NCBI GenBank assembly: GCA_004431415.1
Contig: QPMI01000004.1
Location: 62,001 to 126,000, forward strand
DNA length: 64,000 nt
Origin: Cyanophora paradoxa CCMP329
Lineage: Eukaryota; Plantae; Glaucophyta
Reading direction: 5' to 3'
The translations under genes and the position numbers were made by a program. Position 1 is the first letter of the stretch. Each line of letters opens with the position of its first letter. The notes beneath the pieces were generated by a model that searched no databases, was not told the DNA's origin, and saw nothing but the letters and a program-made list of their open reading frames with translations. This document shows, in pieces, positions 25,825-40,626 of this stretch.

Positions 25825-27124
25825 ATGGGGCTCCAGTCCGCCGACCCGCCGGTGCGCCGTCGTCGTGCAGTGTTTTTCGGCGCGGGCTAAAGTCGCCCCG
25901 CGCGCGACGCACAGGCGCCCGGTTCGTCCGAGATTGTCCACGCCGCGGTGCGCTGAACTGCGCTGCGTGACACCCAGCAGGCGCGCCTCTTCAAAAGAAG
26001 CCAGTGCCGGCAAGCACGCTCGCAGCGGGCGCCCTCATGCAAGTCATCGAGGTTTCGACCCTGGTCCGCGATCGCGCGCGGCCCTCGCAGCCGGGCATCG
26101 GCCCTCCGCTGCGCAGCCCTCGCAGCTCGGCAGCTAAATATCCGCAGGGGCAACCCTTTGAGGTCATGAAGACGCACATGGCGGCCAATCGAGGCGACAA
26201 CATCCCCACAACTCTCAAGAAGACGTGGCAACGCGGCGGTGTGCTCGGCTTCTACCAGGGCTTGATCCCGTGGGCATGGTGAGCGGCGCGCGTCAACGGC
26301 GTTATCGCCAGGGCAGAGCACGCCGACTGACACCTCCGCGCGTCCACCCAGGATAGAGGCAGCGACGAAGGGCGCGGTTCTCTTCCTGACGCAAGCTGAG
26401 GTTGAGTACCGGATGAAGCGCGTCGGTTACGGCCACGCGGCGTCGAGCACGGTGGGCGGGATGGCGGGCGGCGTCGTCCAGGCGTACGCAACGATGGGGT
26501 TCTGCACTTTCATGAAGGCGCGGCGCCCCGGCGCCCCGCCAGCCCCGCGCCGGCGCCGACCCCAGGCCGGCAGACGGTGGAGGTGACGCGGCACAAGGCG
26601 GGCGGGGAGGCGGAGTCGTCGATCAAGATCGCGCGGGACATCCTCGCGCGGGAGGGCATCGCGGGCCTGAACAAGGGCGTCTCGGCGGTGGCGCTGCGGC
26701 AGCTCACGAACTGGGGCTCCCGCTTCGGCATCGCCCGCCTCCTCGAGGACGCGATGCGCAAGCCCAACGGGGAGCCCCTGTCCGTCGGGGACAGGATCAC
26801 GGCGGCCGCCGTGGGGGGCGCCCTCGGGTGCTGGAACCAGCCGTTCGAGGTGATCCGCGTGGAGATGCAGTCGCAGGTGAAGAGCGCCGACCGCCCCGCC
26901 AACATGAACGTCTGGACCGCCGCCAAGTATATCCACTCCAAGAGCGGCTTCATCGGCTTCTACCGCGGCGTCACGCCCCGCATCGGCCTCGGCGTCTGGC
27001 AGGTGCCCCCGCCCGCCCCCGCCGTGCCTCCGGCGCCTTCGAGAGCGCGCGCGCGCGCCAGACGGTGTGCATGGTGGCCGGGGGCGAGGAGCTCAAGAAG
27101 AAGATGGCCGTCTGGATGGCATGA
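25825..27124 (+). CDS. YHM2: Mitochondrial carrier, YHM2-like citrate/oxoglutarate carrier
   Basis: [98 protein letters not shown]. Confidence 0.9.
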
Positions 27125-27236
27125 TTGCCGCCTATAGCTAGGTGGAACTTTCGAGCACGCGTGTGACTCTAAAATCTGTATCGTATGTGACTCCCATGAG
27201 GCGAAAAAAAGCGACATCGCTTGACCGCGCGAGGGC

Positions 27237-28983
27237 CTACGTGGATGCCCGGGCGAGACTCGCAGCGTTCGCGGGGGCCGGCGCTGCAGGGGGAGGGGGC
27301 CCTCGCGGGCAGGCTGCTGCTGCTGCGGCGGCGGCGGCGCGCTCGGAGAGGGCGAAGTGGCGGCGGAGGAGGGGCCGGACGTCCGGGGCGGAGGCGAGGG
27401 CGTCGAGGAGGGGCAGGAGGCGGAGCAGCTCGGCGTCGGCGGGGTCCTCGAACCAGGACTCGATGGGCACGCCGTTGTCGGGCTGCAGGGCGAAGGCCTG
27501 CGGCGAGTTGTCCACGATGACGGTGCGGGCGAGGTCGCGGCCGAGGCAGGCGAGGTCCTTCACGTAGTTGCCCTCCACCAGCACGCACGAGTCCCGGAAG
27601 ACCCGGTGCCGCACCAGGTTGCGGTGCGGGTCCAGGATGTTCAGCAGCTTGTCGGCGTAGACGCGCTGCGAGGCCGTGAAGACGACGACCTCGAAGGCGC
27701 GGCTGCAGCGCTCCATGAAGAGGTCGAGGTGCGGCCGCTTGCGCACGAAGACGTCGTAGTCGACCCCGTTGAAGTGCACGGGGAAGGCCACGTCGTAGCG
27801 GCCCTCCTTCTCCGTCGTCGCGTGCACCAGCGTCTCTGCGGCAGCGCCCTCAGGGCAGCGCGAGGGCGACGCAGGGGGGCGACCGCACCGTCGAGGTCGA
27901 GGACGAGCGTCACGGGGGGCGCGGCGAGGGACTTCTTGGGCAGGCAGAGGGGCTGGGGTGGGGAGGAGACGTGCCCGGCCTGCAGGCGGGCGATGAAGAG
28001 GTAGCTGCGCAGCCGTGTCAGGCCCGCGGCGGGCAGCGGCCCTCCGCCGAAGCCGCGCACGGGTCGAGCTCGTCCCCTTCGGCCTCCGCGCTTGGTGCCG
28101 GTGCCGGGCTGGGGCCAACCTCGACATCCAGCGCGCAGGGGGGAGGGCAGGAAGGGGCAGGGGGCGGGGGCTCCAGGTTCGCATGGGCTGCGACTGCAAC
28201 AGCCGTCAGCATGCATGCAAGGGGCGCCACAGGGAGCCATGGGCGGGCACCAGGGCTGTGCACGCTGAACACGTCGCCCATCTCCTCGTCGCACTCCACC
28301 ACCGCGCTAGCTTCGAAGTCCGCAAGCGCGCCCGGCCGCGGCCGCGCCGACTCCACTGAGTCCAGGTCGTTGTCCGCCAGCCCTAGGTAGCTGAAGACGG
28401 GCGAGAAGAGGGAGTTGAGAACGCCTTCGGGTGGAGGGCTGAAGCTGGTGCTCTCATCAGGCAACGTGATTCTGTCTCCGTTGTCGTCCCCCGGAGAGCG
28501 CGGCGCAGGCGGGCGGCGGGCAGGCTGTATCGAAAAGTACTCGGTCAAGCTCCGCTGAGCGGCCCCTGAAGCGATCGCGCCGGCCCTGGCCGGACCCAGC
28601 TTTCTGTCGGCTGCGGCATTGATGTCAGAGACGGCGGCGGGGTTGCCGTGTCCCGGGGACGGCACCCTTGGCCGCGCCCGCGCCGACGTTGAATGACTTG
28701 GCCCGACGCGGTTTTGAGGAGCTGATGAACGCGTCCGGTGCTGTCGTACGCTGCTTCTTGCGCTCGGACGCCGTGTTCGCAGGGGGCTGCGAGTTCTGAG
28801 CGAGAGTAGCAGCAGAATGGAGTAGAGGGGCACCTGCGGCTGTGGGCTGGGGCGCAGGAGCTGCGAGAACAGGGAGAAGATCGACGGGCCGCCTCCATGA
28901 CGCGTTTCAGAGCATGCGAGTTCAGATACGCAAGCGGTGCCTGCCTCCAAGGCCTCCGTCGGCGCGGCGCTCTTGCCGTCCAT
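27237..28983 (-). CDS. CTD small phosphatase-like protein (NIF/FCP1 family, CTDSPL2-like)
   Basis: TLVLDLD|ETLVH, VFVRKRPHL, VVVFTASQRVYADKLLNILDP, RVFRDSCVLVEGNYVKDL..LGRDLARTVIVDNSP; N-terminal SLFSPVF. Confidence 0.92.
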
Positions 28984-29032
28984 CGTTCAGCCGTACCCCA
29001 GCTTAAAAAAACCTCTAACTTTGTCAACCCGC

Positions 29033-32000
29033 ATGGCCCTCCAGAGCGCCGGGGACGCGCGCTGGGAGACCGGAGGAAGGCGCACTCACGCCCCCAAAGC
29101 GGTGCGCGCTGCGCTCCATCGATCTGCCTCAAACCTCGAGCACCCGTCCTCGCAGCCGTGGGGGGCGAGCGACGGTGCAATATTAGAGAACAGTGCCGCG
29201 GCAGGGACCGCCCTATCCGCAACGCACGTCTTCCAGCACCGCGGAGCCGTGGGCCGCGAGGATGCCACGCCGCGGGACGCCACGCCGTCGGTAGAGGCGC
29301 GCCTGCCGCACGCACAGCCGCCTTGGCGCCGGCCGACGCCGTGCAGGAGCTGCTGGCCTTTGCCGAGTACCTCGGGGTGCGGGTCGAGAAATACCCGTCG
29401 CTCTCCTGGGTCGCGGTGGCGGCGTACTTCTCGCCCCTGCCGGCGGGATGGTCGGAGCACGCAGACGCCGATGGCAACGGCTACTACTACCGTGCGCCGG
29501 TGCCGCGGGGACAGGCGGGCCGGCGGCCCTGACGCGCGGGGCAGACGAGCCGTCGGACCGGAGCCAGCGGGAGCACCCGCTGGATGAGTACTTCACGAAG
29601 GCGCGTTGCTTCCGCGGCGCCGCGGGCCGCGCTGACCCCGCGGCAGCTCTACGCGGAGGAGAAGGCGCTCCTGAAGGCGGAGGAGCGGGGGCGCGACGGC
29701 GGCGCCGAGGCGCTCCCGCGCACCGCCCGGCGGCACCTGCTCCAGCGCTCCAGCGCGCCCGCCCCGCCGTGCACGCCGCAGGAGGTGCGCCGCGGCGCTC
29801 TCGGGCGGCCGCCGGGGCCCGGGGGCGAGGGGGCGGGGGGCGGCAGGTGCGGCGGGTGGCGGGGACGCTGGGGCTGGAGCTGCCGCGGCACGCGGCGATG
29901 GCGTGGGTGGCGCGCGAGGCGGCGGACTTCGTGCCGCTCGGCTGGCGCAAGGAGCCGGACGGGGAGGGCGGGGCCTTCTACCGGCACGAGCGGACGGGGC
30001 TGGCGATGCGGGAGCACCCGGCGCTCATCCACTTCCTCTCCAAGGTCGAGGTCTGCAGGGCGGGGGACGACCCCTTCGCCGGCAAGCCCCGCGCCCTCTA
30101 CTGCTTCGCCACCTTCCCCGGGCCCGCGCCCCGCGCCGCCACCTCCGCCTGGCTCCAGTTCGACTCCCCCGAGGGGCCCTTCTACTACGACGTCGTCCAC
30201 GAGCAGAGCGTCCGCTCCGACCCCCGGCCCCTCTACCGCCGCGTGCGCCCCCGGCCCCGCCCCCGCCGTCCCGGCCGCCCCGCCGGCCCACGGCGCCCCG
30301 CAGAGCCTCGCGGCGACCAAGCTGCAGGCCGCCGCCCGCGCCCACGTCGCCCGCCGCGCCCTCGCCGCCCTCCGCGCCCGCCGCCGCGCCGTGCGAGACG
30401 CCCGCCCGCCGGCCGCCGGCGGCCGCGCGACGGCCCCGCGCAGGAGGCGGTGGAGGAGGCGGCGCGGGCGATGGAGCAGCGCGCCGCTGCCGCCCTCCGG
30501 CGCCTCGCCGACGCCGAGGGCCCACCCCGCCCGCCCCCGCCGGCCCCGCCCCCGGCACTCCGACGGCCGGACAGGAGGGCGAAGGCGCCGGTGCCCCCTC
30601 GCGGGGCGGGCCACTGGAGGCGGCGGCGGTGAGGGCGAGGCGCGGGGCACGCGGCGGGCGGGGTCCGACGCGGGGCGCAGGGGGCGCTGGAGGGCGGGCG
30701 GCGGCGCTGCGGGCGGCGCTGCGGGCGGCGGCGGGCGGGCGGGAGGCGGAGCTGGAGGCGGCGGCGCGGGCGCGGCGGGAGGCGGCGCAGGGGCGGGCGG
30801 AGGCGGCGGTGGCGGCCATGCGGGTGCGGGCGCCCTCGTGCGGGGCGGGGCGGGCGGGGTCCGACGGCGGCCGCGCAGGAGGCGCTGGAGGGCCACGCGC
30901 GCCGCTGCCGCGCCGCCGTCGACGCCGCCCGCCGCCGCCTGCGCGAGGCCAACGCGCCCCTCGTCGCCGCCGCCTGCCGCGCCGCCGCCGCCCGCCGCCG
31001 CCTCCTCGCCGCCCGCCGCGCGGCCCTCGTGCTGCAGGCCGCCGCACGCCGGCGGGCCGCCCGCGCGGAGCGCGGCCGGCTGCGCATCGCGGCGGGGCGG
31101 GCGGTGACGGAGGCGGCGCGGGCGGGCGCGGCGCGGGCGCTGCAGGCGGCGTACCGAGGCCACCTCGCCCGCTGCCTACGGACCGCCCTCGCCGCGGCTG
31201 CGGAGGCGGAGGGGAGGTTACGGCGGCGGGGCGGGCGGAGGAGGACGAGGGCGGGGCCGCTCGCGGGGAGAGGAGCGGGGCGGCCCAGCGGGCGAGGAGG
31301 AGGCCCGCGAGGCGGCGGAGGCCGTCCTCGCCCTCGCAGCCGCCGCAGCCGCCGCCGCCGTGGCCGCCGCGCCGGCCGCCGTCGGGGCCTCGGCTCCCGA
31401 GCACGCGCCGGCGTCTTTGGCGGCATCGGGCGCCGGGGGCTCCCGCGTCGCTGCGGCCTCTCCCGCGGCCGCGGCAGCGGCCGCCGGCTGGGAGGCGTGC
31501 GGGGCGCCCGCTCTGCCGTCTAGCGACGAGGAGCGCGCGATCGCGTCGGCCGCCGCGTGGGCCGCCGGCCGCGCCGCCGACGCCGCTGCGGCTGCGGCGG
31601 CGGGACGGGAGGCCTCCCCCGCAGGGCGGCGGCCCCGGACGGCGGTGGCGCGGGAGGCAGCCTCGGCGCTGGTCGAGGAGGCCCTCGCGGAGGCGGCCCG
31701 GGCCCCGCCGCCCCGCCACCCCGCCGCGGCCGCATGGGCCGCCGCCCGGCGGGGCCCGGCACCGTCGACCACTTCCCCCTGCCCCGGGGGGTCCCCGCCA
31801 GGCCCGCCTCCTCAGCCCCGTCTGCGTCGACGGGCTCGCGGCCCTCGACGGCCCCAAGCGGGCCGCCACTCGCTTCGCGCGCTGCCGAACCGCTCGACCC
31901 GGAGGCGGGGTGGAGGGCGGTGCGGCGGCGGCCGTGCAGGCGGCGTGGCGCAGGCGGGCGGCGCGGCGGGCGCTGGGTGCGGCGCGCAGGGCGGCGACGG

Positions 32001-33805
32001 TGCTGCAGGCAGTGTGGCGGGCGGCTGCGGCCCGCGCGGCCGTCCGCCGCGCGCTGCTGCGCCGCGACGCCGCCACCATCGCTCAGGTGGGCACGTTCCA
32101 TTGGCGTGCTCCGACGTCGCGTGACCCCCGCAGGCGGCCTGGCGCCGTGCCCTCGCGCTGCGCCGGCGCCGGCGCCTCGCGGCGGCGGCGGAGGGGGCGC
32201 GCGAGGCGGCGGCGGTGGCGATCCAGGCGGCCTTCCGCATGCGCCTCGCCCGTGTGAGCGCCGGCCCGCCTCCCGCCCCCGCTGCCTGCGCCGAGGGCGC
32301 CGCGCAGCTACGCCCCGCGGAGCACCTGCGGGAGGAGGCCGCGCGGGTGGTGCAGCGGACGTGGCGCGGCTTTGCGGCCCGCTCGCTGGCGGGCGCGCGG
32401 CGGCGCCGTCGCCTCGACGCGCTGAGATCGGTGCGGGCGGCGGTGCGCGCTGGAGCCGGCCCCGCGCTGACGGCCGCCCCGGGGCGGCGGGGCAGCGGGC
32501 GGCGAGCTCGCTGTACTGGCTCTACTGGGGCCGCGCCGTGCGCCGCTGGCTCCCCGCGGCGACGGCGTACCGGGCGGCGCTGTACCGGCACGCGGCGGCG
32601 GTGTGCGTGCAGGCGGCGTGGCGCTCGGCGGCCGCCCGCCGCCGCTTCCTCCACGAGGCCGAGATGCGCGCCGTCTTCCGCCGCGTCCAGCTCAAGGCCC
32701 CGCCCCGCCACGCCGCCCGCGCTCCGCCCGCTGACGCCGGGGCGCAGTGGCTGCACGGCGCCCTCGCCCCGAGGTCCTCCGCGTCCACATGCGCCACCTC
32801 GCCCAGCGCGCCCGCCTCGCCCCACCCCTCGCCCCGCCCGCCCCGGCCCGGCCTTGCGCCCGCCGGCCCGCTCCCCGCGGCGCCGCGGCCGCCGGGCCCC
32901 GGGGAGGCGGGGACGTGGAGGGGCGGCGGGCGCGGCTGCGGGAGCAGCGGCGGCTCCTCGGCGTCCTCGCCCGCGTTCCCTTCCTCCCCTCCATGCGGGT
33001 GCGCCGCCGGCTGTTCCGGGGCCCGCCCCGCGCCCCTCACCGCCGCTGCAGCCGCACCTTGGGCCCCTCGGCGACATCCCCTCCCTCGCCGCTGCCGCCG
33101 CCGCTGCTGCCACCGCCGCCCCCTCCCTCCCTGCTGATTTTCGCCGCCTGCCCTCCCCGCCTCCCGCTGGCCGCCGCCGCCGCCCCGCCCTCGCCGCGGG
33201 CCGAACGGCCCCACCCGCGGCCCCGAAGCGCATCCCTCGACCGGCGGCTCCAGCGGGGCGGCGCTGGGGCCACCTTCCCGCCGCGCGGCGTGTCGGCCTC
33301 GCGCAGCGCCCCCTCCTCGAGGCTGCGCCCGGGCCCTCCGCCCTCGCCCCCAGGTGTGGCCCCGCCGCCGCCCCGCCGTAGCCCGCCGACCCGCGGCTGC
33401 CACGCAGCGCGTCCGCGCCGCAGCTCCCGCGCCCCGTCCGCCGCGCGGCGCCGCGGCGCGTGTGGGAGGAGGCGGGCCCGGACCCTCGCGCGGATCTGCC
33501 CCGCTCGCCCCCCCGGAGCGCCCGCCTTCGGTGCTCTCCCCCGAACGCTTGGAAGGCGCTGCGCTGATTTGGGGGCAGACGTGCGGGCGGCGGCGCGGCG
33601 CGCGGCGGCGGAGTGGGCCGTCGCGAAGTACGGCCCCGCCGGGGCGCCCCGCCTCCCCGCGGGGGGCGAGCAGCACTGGGCCGCCTCCGACGAGGCTGCG
33701 CCCGCGGCGGTGCGCAGACGGGGCAGACCTGCCGCCAGCGGCTTCCTACCCCCCGTCAAGGGCGCTGCCCGCGGGCGGCTACTGCAAGCGGGCCCCCGCG
33801 CGTGA
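29033..33805 (+). CDS. Large protein with CEP164-like WW modules and multiple IQ motifs; probably ciliary or centrosomal
   Basis: ELLAFAEYLGV..LSWVA..PLPAGWSEH..GYYY..EHP, a second module LGLEL..WVARE..VPLGWRKE..FYRH..EHP, then IQ-like LQAAARAH, IQAAFRM, VQRTWRG, VQAAWRS. Confidence 0.7.
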
Positions 33806-34011
33806 TGTTCGAAAAACCCGCGCTCCATTGACACCGCCACCAGTCCTTGAAAACACTAAGGTAGTGCTTTTTTTGGGGGGGGGGGGGGGGGGGGGAGGGG
33901 GGGGTGCGAATGAGAGCATTGGCTCCTTGCAACACCGCCCGCGTGTACAATCCGGAGAACAATCTCTTTTAATTCACTACAACGACAACCACCGGCGGAC
34001 AACTGAGTCCA

Positions 34012-35427
<1,416 letters not shown>

Positions 35428-35599
35428 TCTTGCGGAGTGGCCTGCAACGCCGGGCGATCAGCACAACAGGACCAGAGTTGTATCTAACGCCGAGCCACCG
35501 GGCCAGAGCCTCAGATATCGCACCTGGGACCCGCCGCAAAAAGCGCCTGCCCGGGTACAGCCGCAAGAGCAGGGAAAGTATACCCGGGCTCGGATCGAC

Positions 35600-36968
35600 A
35601 TGCCGGGCCTCACGCATGAGTGCGCCCACCGCGATAGGAAGTCGTTTCATTCCCGACGCTGATGATTGTGATCCTGAAGGTCGCGACCTCGCTGGGGAGA
35701 CGACGTTGGTGATGGCACGTAGAGCTCGCGCCACTTTGTTCCCTTCTTGGTCGTCTAAAGCTCATCACAGAGCTCGAGGATCGCGGCGCTCCCCTCCCTG
35801 CGCGGGAGGAGTTCGTCGACGATGATGGTGCGCGGGTCATCTACGAGTACCGCTACAACGAGCAGAACCAACTCGTCAAGGCAGTCCCCGCACCGCGCAT
35901 AGTCGCGCACGTCTTTCTGATCGCCTCGTGGCAGACCACCACTCGAATCCGTACCGTGAAGGTGACAAAGAAAATTAACAAGCATGTGGAAGAACGTCGG
36001 GTGAACAGCAACCCTTCTCGCAAATTTCGGATTGGCCTTTGTAATGCTCGCCGTTCTGCAGGCTTGGAAGAAGTTTGGGCATGCGAAGGACAGCCCTGCA
36101 GGTCCAGAGACAGGTATAACATCGTTCGGCGATGAAATCTTCCTCGAAACGAAGGAGAAACCGAAGGTTCAACTCTGTTGCTTCTGCGTCTTGCGCAAAG
36201 TGTTGCTTCTGTTTTAATAGCTTCTTTCAGAAGTCAGAAGAGGTTGCTGCGGAGTTGCAGGCTGCAGGAAAGAGCGCAATCGTCATGTGTCGCATCTGTG
36301 GACGCCAGGGAGATCACTGGACGTTGAAGTGCCCGTTCAAGGATAAGCTGCAGCCGGTGGCAGGAGCAAGCGGCGTCAAGCCAGGCGAGGAGAAGGCAGG
36401 CGACGTGGCCGGCGGCGCAGGAGCAGCTGCAGCTGCATCGTTGGGCGGAAAATATGTGACCCCAGCTGCACGCGCGAGAGCAGACGGAAAGGCCGTGGGC
36501 GGGGATGCCTTCGGGCAGCGCGGAGGCGGTGCGGCTCCGTGCGAGCCGTTGCCACCAGGCGACGCTGACGCCACCGCAGATGATCAATTCACCGTTAGGG
36601 TGTCCAATTTGTCGGAAGATGCACGGGAGGCGGACCTCCAGGACCTCTTCCGTCAATTTGGACCAATCCTCCGGACGCATGTCGCGCGCGACCGCGTGCG
36701 TTTGCATCGCTTTATTTGGCTTGAATTTTTATTGGATCTGAAGAGCACTTGCAGGCCACGAATGTGTCAAAGGGCTTCGGTTTCATCACTTTTGTACGAC
36801 GAGAGGACGCCGCGCGGGCCATTGAGAAGCTCAACGGATACGGCTATGACCACCTCATCCTGAAAGTGGACTGGGCCAGGTCCGCGGCGGGGTGCCTGTC
36901 GAGCGCTTGCCTCCACGCGATTTAATGTTTGAATTGCTGCATCTGTCCGCAGGCCGTCCGGAGCCTAA
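35600..36968 (+). CDS. EIF3G: Translation initiation factor 3 subunit G
   Basis: WKKFG..GPETGITSFGDEIFL, CRICGRQGDHWTLKCPFK, RRM TVRVSNLSED..KGFGFITF..LNGYGYDHLILKVDWA. Confidence 0.95.
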
Positions 36969-37043
36969 CGTGGCCAAACAAGGCAACTCTGAGCGTGTTT
37001 CCCCACGCAAAAGTAGGAGGAACATGCTCTGCTCGTTAAACAA

Positions 37044-39351
37044 CTAGTGGAACTTGTACGACGGGACCTCAGGGTGGTACAGGGGGCCGGGGGAGCCCTT
37101 GCCGAGATTGTCGAGCAGATTAAGCGCCCCAGAGAGATACCGTCCTTGCTCCGACGGCTCTTTGTATGAGATGCCGAAGGACGGGCCGCGGCGGCGTGCC
37201 TCAGCGGCATGTGGCACGCGGTAAATGGGGCCAGGCGACTCTCGCCCGAGCTGTGCAGCCACATCCATGAGCAATCGGACAAGGGCTGACATGGAATTCG
37301 AAAGGGCGAATGCAGCGAACCTTGGAGGCGTCGGTGTGCATAACGAAAAGCCCATCCGAGTGCTTCGCTGCAGTGGCGCGTCTTGAAAAACACGGGGTGG
37401 GTGGCGGGTCTGGCGTACCTTTGGGGATGCGATGCGCCTTTGATGGCCCGAAGGAACGCCCTTCCCTCGCGAAGGACGATTGCGCGACGTCGTCTGCCGC
37501 GGCGTTTGGCAAGAGGGCACACTCACAGAAGGGGGAGAGACGCACATGACCCAGGCCCCGGGACTCTCGAGCGCTCGCTGGAGCCGCTGCGCTGTGCACG
37601 GCCGAAGCTGGGCCTGCCTCGCGACCGGAGCGGCGCGACCTCGTCTGGGGCAGCGATGGCATCGCAGGGCACAGGCATGCTGGGGAGGCGCGCGCACAGG
37701 CAGCGGGGCCGGGCGACTGGACACCGAGGCGGTCCTGCGCTGCGAGCGCCCCGATGTACACCGCTGCAGCAGGCGGCTGCAGTTAGAAAGCCTCCGCGGG
37801 AAACGGAGAAGAGCGTGACGCGCACCGTGCTGGTGGTGCCGGTCAGAGGACCCGAACCCATACCGCGGCGCCCCGTCCCCGACCTCGCCGCGCCGGGCAG
37901 CGTACTTCGGCCCCGGCGCGTCGTTCACTGGGCCCCTTCAGGCACCCCAGTGCGCCTCCTTGGGATCGAACTCGCACCGAGCAGCTCGGGACGCGCCGCC
38001 GTTCCAATCTTCCAACCCCTCGCGGGACTCTGTGTAATGCTGGCGCCCGGCCCATAAGCAGCCGGCCCTGGACTCTCCGCATCCACTATCATGAAGCGTC
38101 AGAGAGATGTGAGAAGAGCAGACGGCTGCACGGAACACGTACCCCCAGATACAACGTGGTTTGCGCCAGTGCCGAATTTGGTCCCCCTCCCGTGCCGCCC
38201 CGGTACCGCCTCCCGCACGACGTACTGTCCGATACTCACTCCTCGGCCGCTAAATCAAACACATTAGCCAGCAAACCTGCCCGGGTCCGGGGCCGGCGCC
38301 TGGAGCCGCCACAGCTGATCGCGGCCGCGCCGGCTTGGAGCCTCCTGCGAACGAGGACCGCGCGCCTTCGCGACCGACAACGGGTGCGTCTGCAGGCGGG
38401 GCGATGAGGATTCGCCTGGCGAGGGGGCGCGCGAGACGCACATGCTCCCGGGCCTGGACTGTCCAGGCCCGCCATCTGGTTAAGCTCTGCAGCGGGAGCG
38501 GCGCGCGGTTAGCTGCGGCAGGCGTTCGATCTCCACCACGTAACGGGCGTGGTTCTTTGCGCCGAACGTCCCGCCGCGACCCTTGCGCCCGAATGAGCCG
38601 GGAACATCGTCTGGACGCGCGCAGGTCAGAAAAGAGCAGGTTTTTTCGAATCGCATTCTCGACTCACAGCTTCCGGGTCCAGGGAGGCTGCCCTGGCCGG
38701 GAGCCGTGTGCGCTGCCGGAGAATTAGACACGGCGACGGCGCATGCCGCAGCTCGCGCACGACGCGGACTGGGCGCGGGCCGGATGCCAAAGGAGTACGC
38801 CGGAGTTGACTTGCCGACAGCCTCCGGAGGGACGTCTGTCCCGTAATGAGCGCAAACAGCTGGAGGCCTACGAGACGGCACGGACACGCGGCTGGGCCTG
38901 GTCCTTCCTGTCCGTAGTTCTCCGCCGCATTGTGCAGAGGCCCGATCCATTCAGCATGCTGATTTAGCTCGGTCCCGCGCGCCGCCGTGGTCATGCTTGC
39001 GCCTTTCGCGGACGGCGGAGGCAGGTCTGCGCGCGGATCAGTGCTGCGCCACAAGAGCCACGTGCGCGGACCGTAAATAGAGCCTGGAGACCGCGCCTCC
39101 TCCAGCCACGCGGCCGGCTTCACCCCGAAGCTGTACGCGGGCCCTTTCCGCCTTGGCTGCGGGTCGGGCTTGTCTGGTGGCGCGAGGTCAGACCTGTACC
39201 GTGTCCCAGCGCACGAGAAGAACGCACAGCTGGGACCGGGTGAGCCGTTCGGGCTGCTGCTTTCCGCCATGAAGCCATCATTGAAGTTCCTCCCCGTTAG
39301 CGACCAGTGCGGCGTGTAGCGGATGTCGTGGGGAGGGATTGGTTCTGGCAT
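37044..39351 (-). CDS. ODF3/SHIPPO-like protein with PGP (STPG) repeats
   Basis: Repeated SPGP(x)Y units, each followed by PAYSFG-like segments (GSPGP, SPGSIY, APGPKY..PRYGFG, ESPGPIY..PSFGI, GSPGPLY). Confidence 0.8.
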
Positions 39352-39494
39352 GCTAATTCCACGTCGCAATCCGAAGCTGATCGCAGTCTATTCACGCAGG
39401 CCGCGTTTAATTTGGAGTTTTTTCGGGGCTCTTGGGGGGGTGGGGTGGGGAGGGTTGACCCGAAAGAACCCAATACTCTAAATTTGGGACCAGC

Positions 39495-40604
39495 ATGAAC
39501 GCAGAGGACCTCGGGCGGAACTGCAGCGGCTTAGCCGTAGCGGGCCACTTGCTAGCTTCCGGTGAGCGAGCGGCGATGCTGCAGTCGCTGATGGCCCTGC
39601 GGAAGAACCGTCGGGTTCACAACTTCGACAGGCGAGCCGCCGTGGCGGCGCATGCGCTCCTTAGAGTTTTGGTAGCGCTTTGCGCGCGCTTCTCTCGCTT
39701 ACCGATTCCGCAGGGTCGTGTTCTGGGGCAAGATCATAACAGCGGGACGCTCGGACTACCTGATCGCACAGGGCTTCGAGCGTGCCGTCCCCCTCTACAA
39801 GCGCGCCTACTGCAAAAGTTTCTACAGGTGCTGCTCCGGCCGTCGTCCTATGCACGCTCGCCGAGGCACTCGTGCGTGCAGCCAGGATGGCGGGGTGACA
39901 TTCAAGCTGCTCCCCGATGTGGATGCTTATCTGGCAAAGAAGATTCTCGCGGTGAACACCATGTTTACCGGCGATCCTTCCTACGTGCACGTTCTTCTTG
40001 GAGGAGCGCGAGTCAATGAGGAACAGCGATTGGCGGCTGCGATTATGATGATCGACGACGCATGTGCGACTGCCCCACGGTATGCGCTTGCGATGAACCA
40101 CGATCATGCAATTGTGAAGAGCTCAAGGTATTCTGGTGAGTTTTACTCTGGGGGCGGCATTGGAAGTGATGTGAGTTCCGCTGACTCATCATAATTAGGC
40201 ATGTCGGCTGAGGACGCCCAGAACCTGAGCAGCTTTGTACATTTCCGGCATGTCCCCGGTTTGGAGAAGGTTTCTGCTCTCGATCGCGATTTCCTTCATC
40301 CGTTAGACAAGGACGAGCCTCAAGGTGTGTTTGATTGGACACTTCAAGCCTTGATTATCTGTCTCCTTTCATCAAGCTTTCAAGTAGGGACATGGGTTCT
40401 GGGCTACGATTCGCTTGGACGGACAGTATCCTTGCGAAATTTCATGTGGCCGGGATTCCAGTTCTCCCTCAGTCTCGTCACAGGCCTCTACACCAATGTT
40501 TATATGGGCGACGGAGTAAGGAACTCTGGTAAACTGTTGTGCTGTCGATCTTCTGCGACACTTCTAATCCTGAAACAGATTTTCCATTCATGATATACAC
40601 ATGA
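39495..40604 (+). CDS. RSPH9: Radial spoke head protein 9-like
   Basis: VFWGKII..SDYLIAQG, FYSQDG, FTGDPS, EEQRLAAAI..ID..APR, VHFR, FLHPLDKDEPQ.GTW, LRNFMWPG, NVYMGDGVRN. Confidence 0.87.
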
Positions 40605-40626
40605 GATGAGAGATGTACAGTGGACG

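Noticed and set aside
35630-35682. Possible GA-AG intron in eIF3g
   Set aside because: An ordinary GTGCGC donor at ~35620 gives the correct frame (MPGLTHE-SRPRWGDD).
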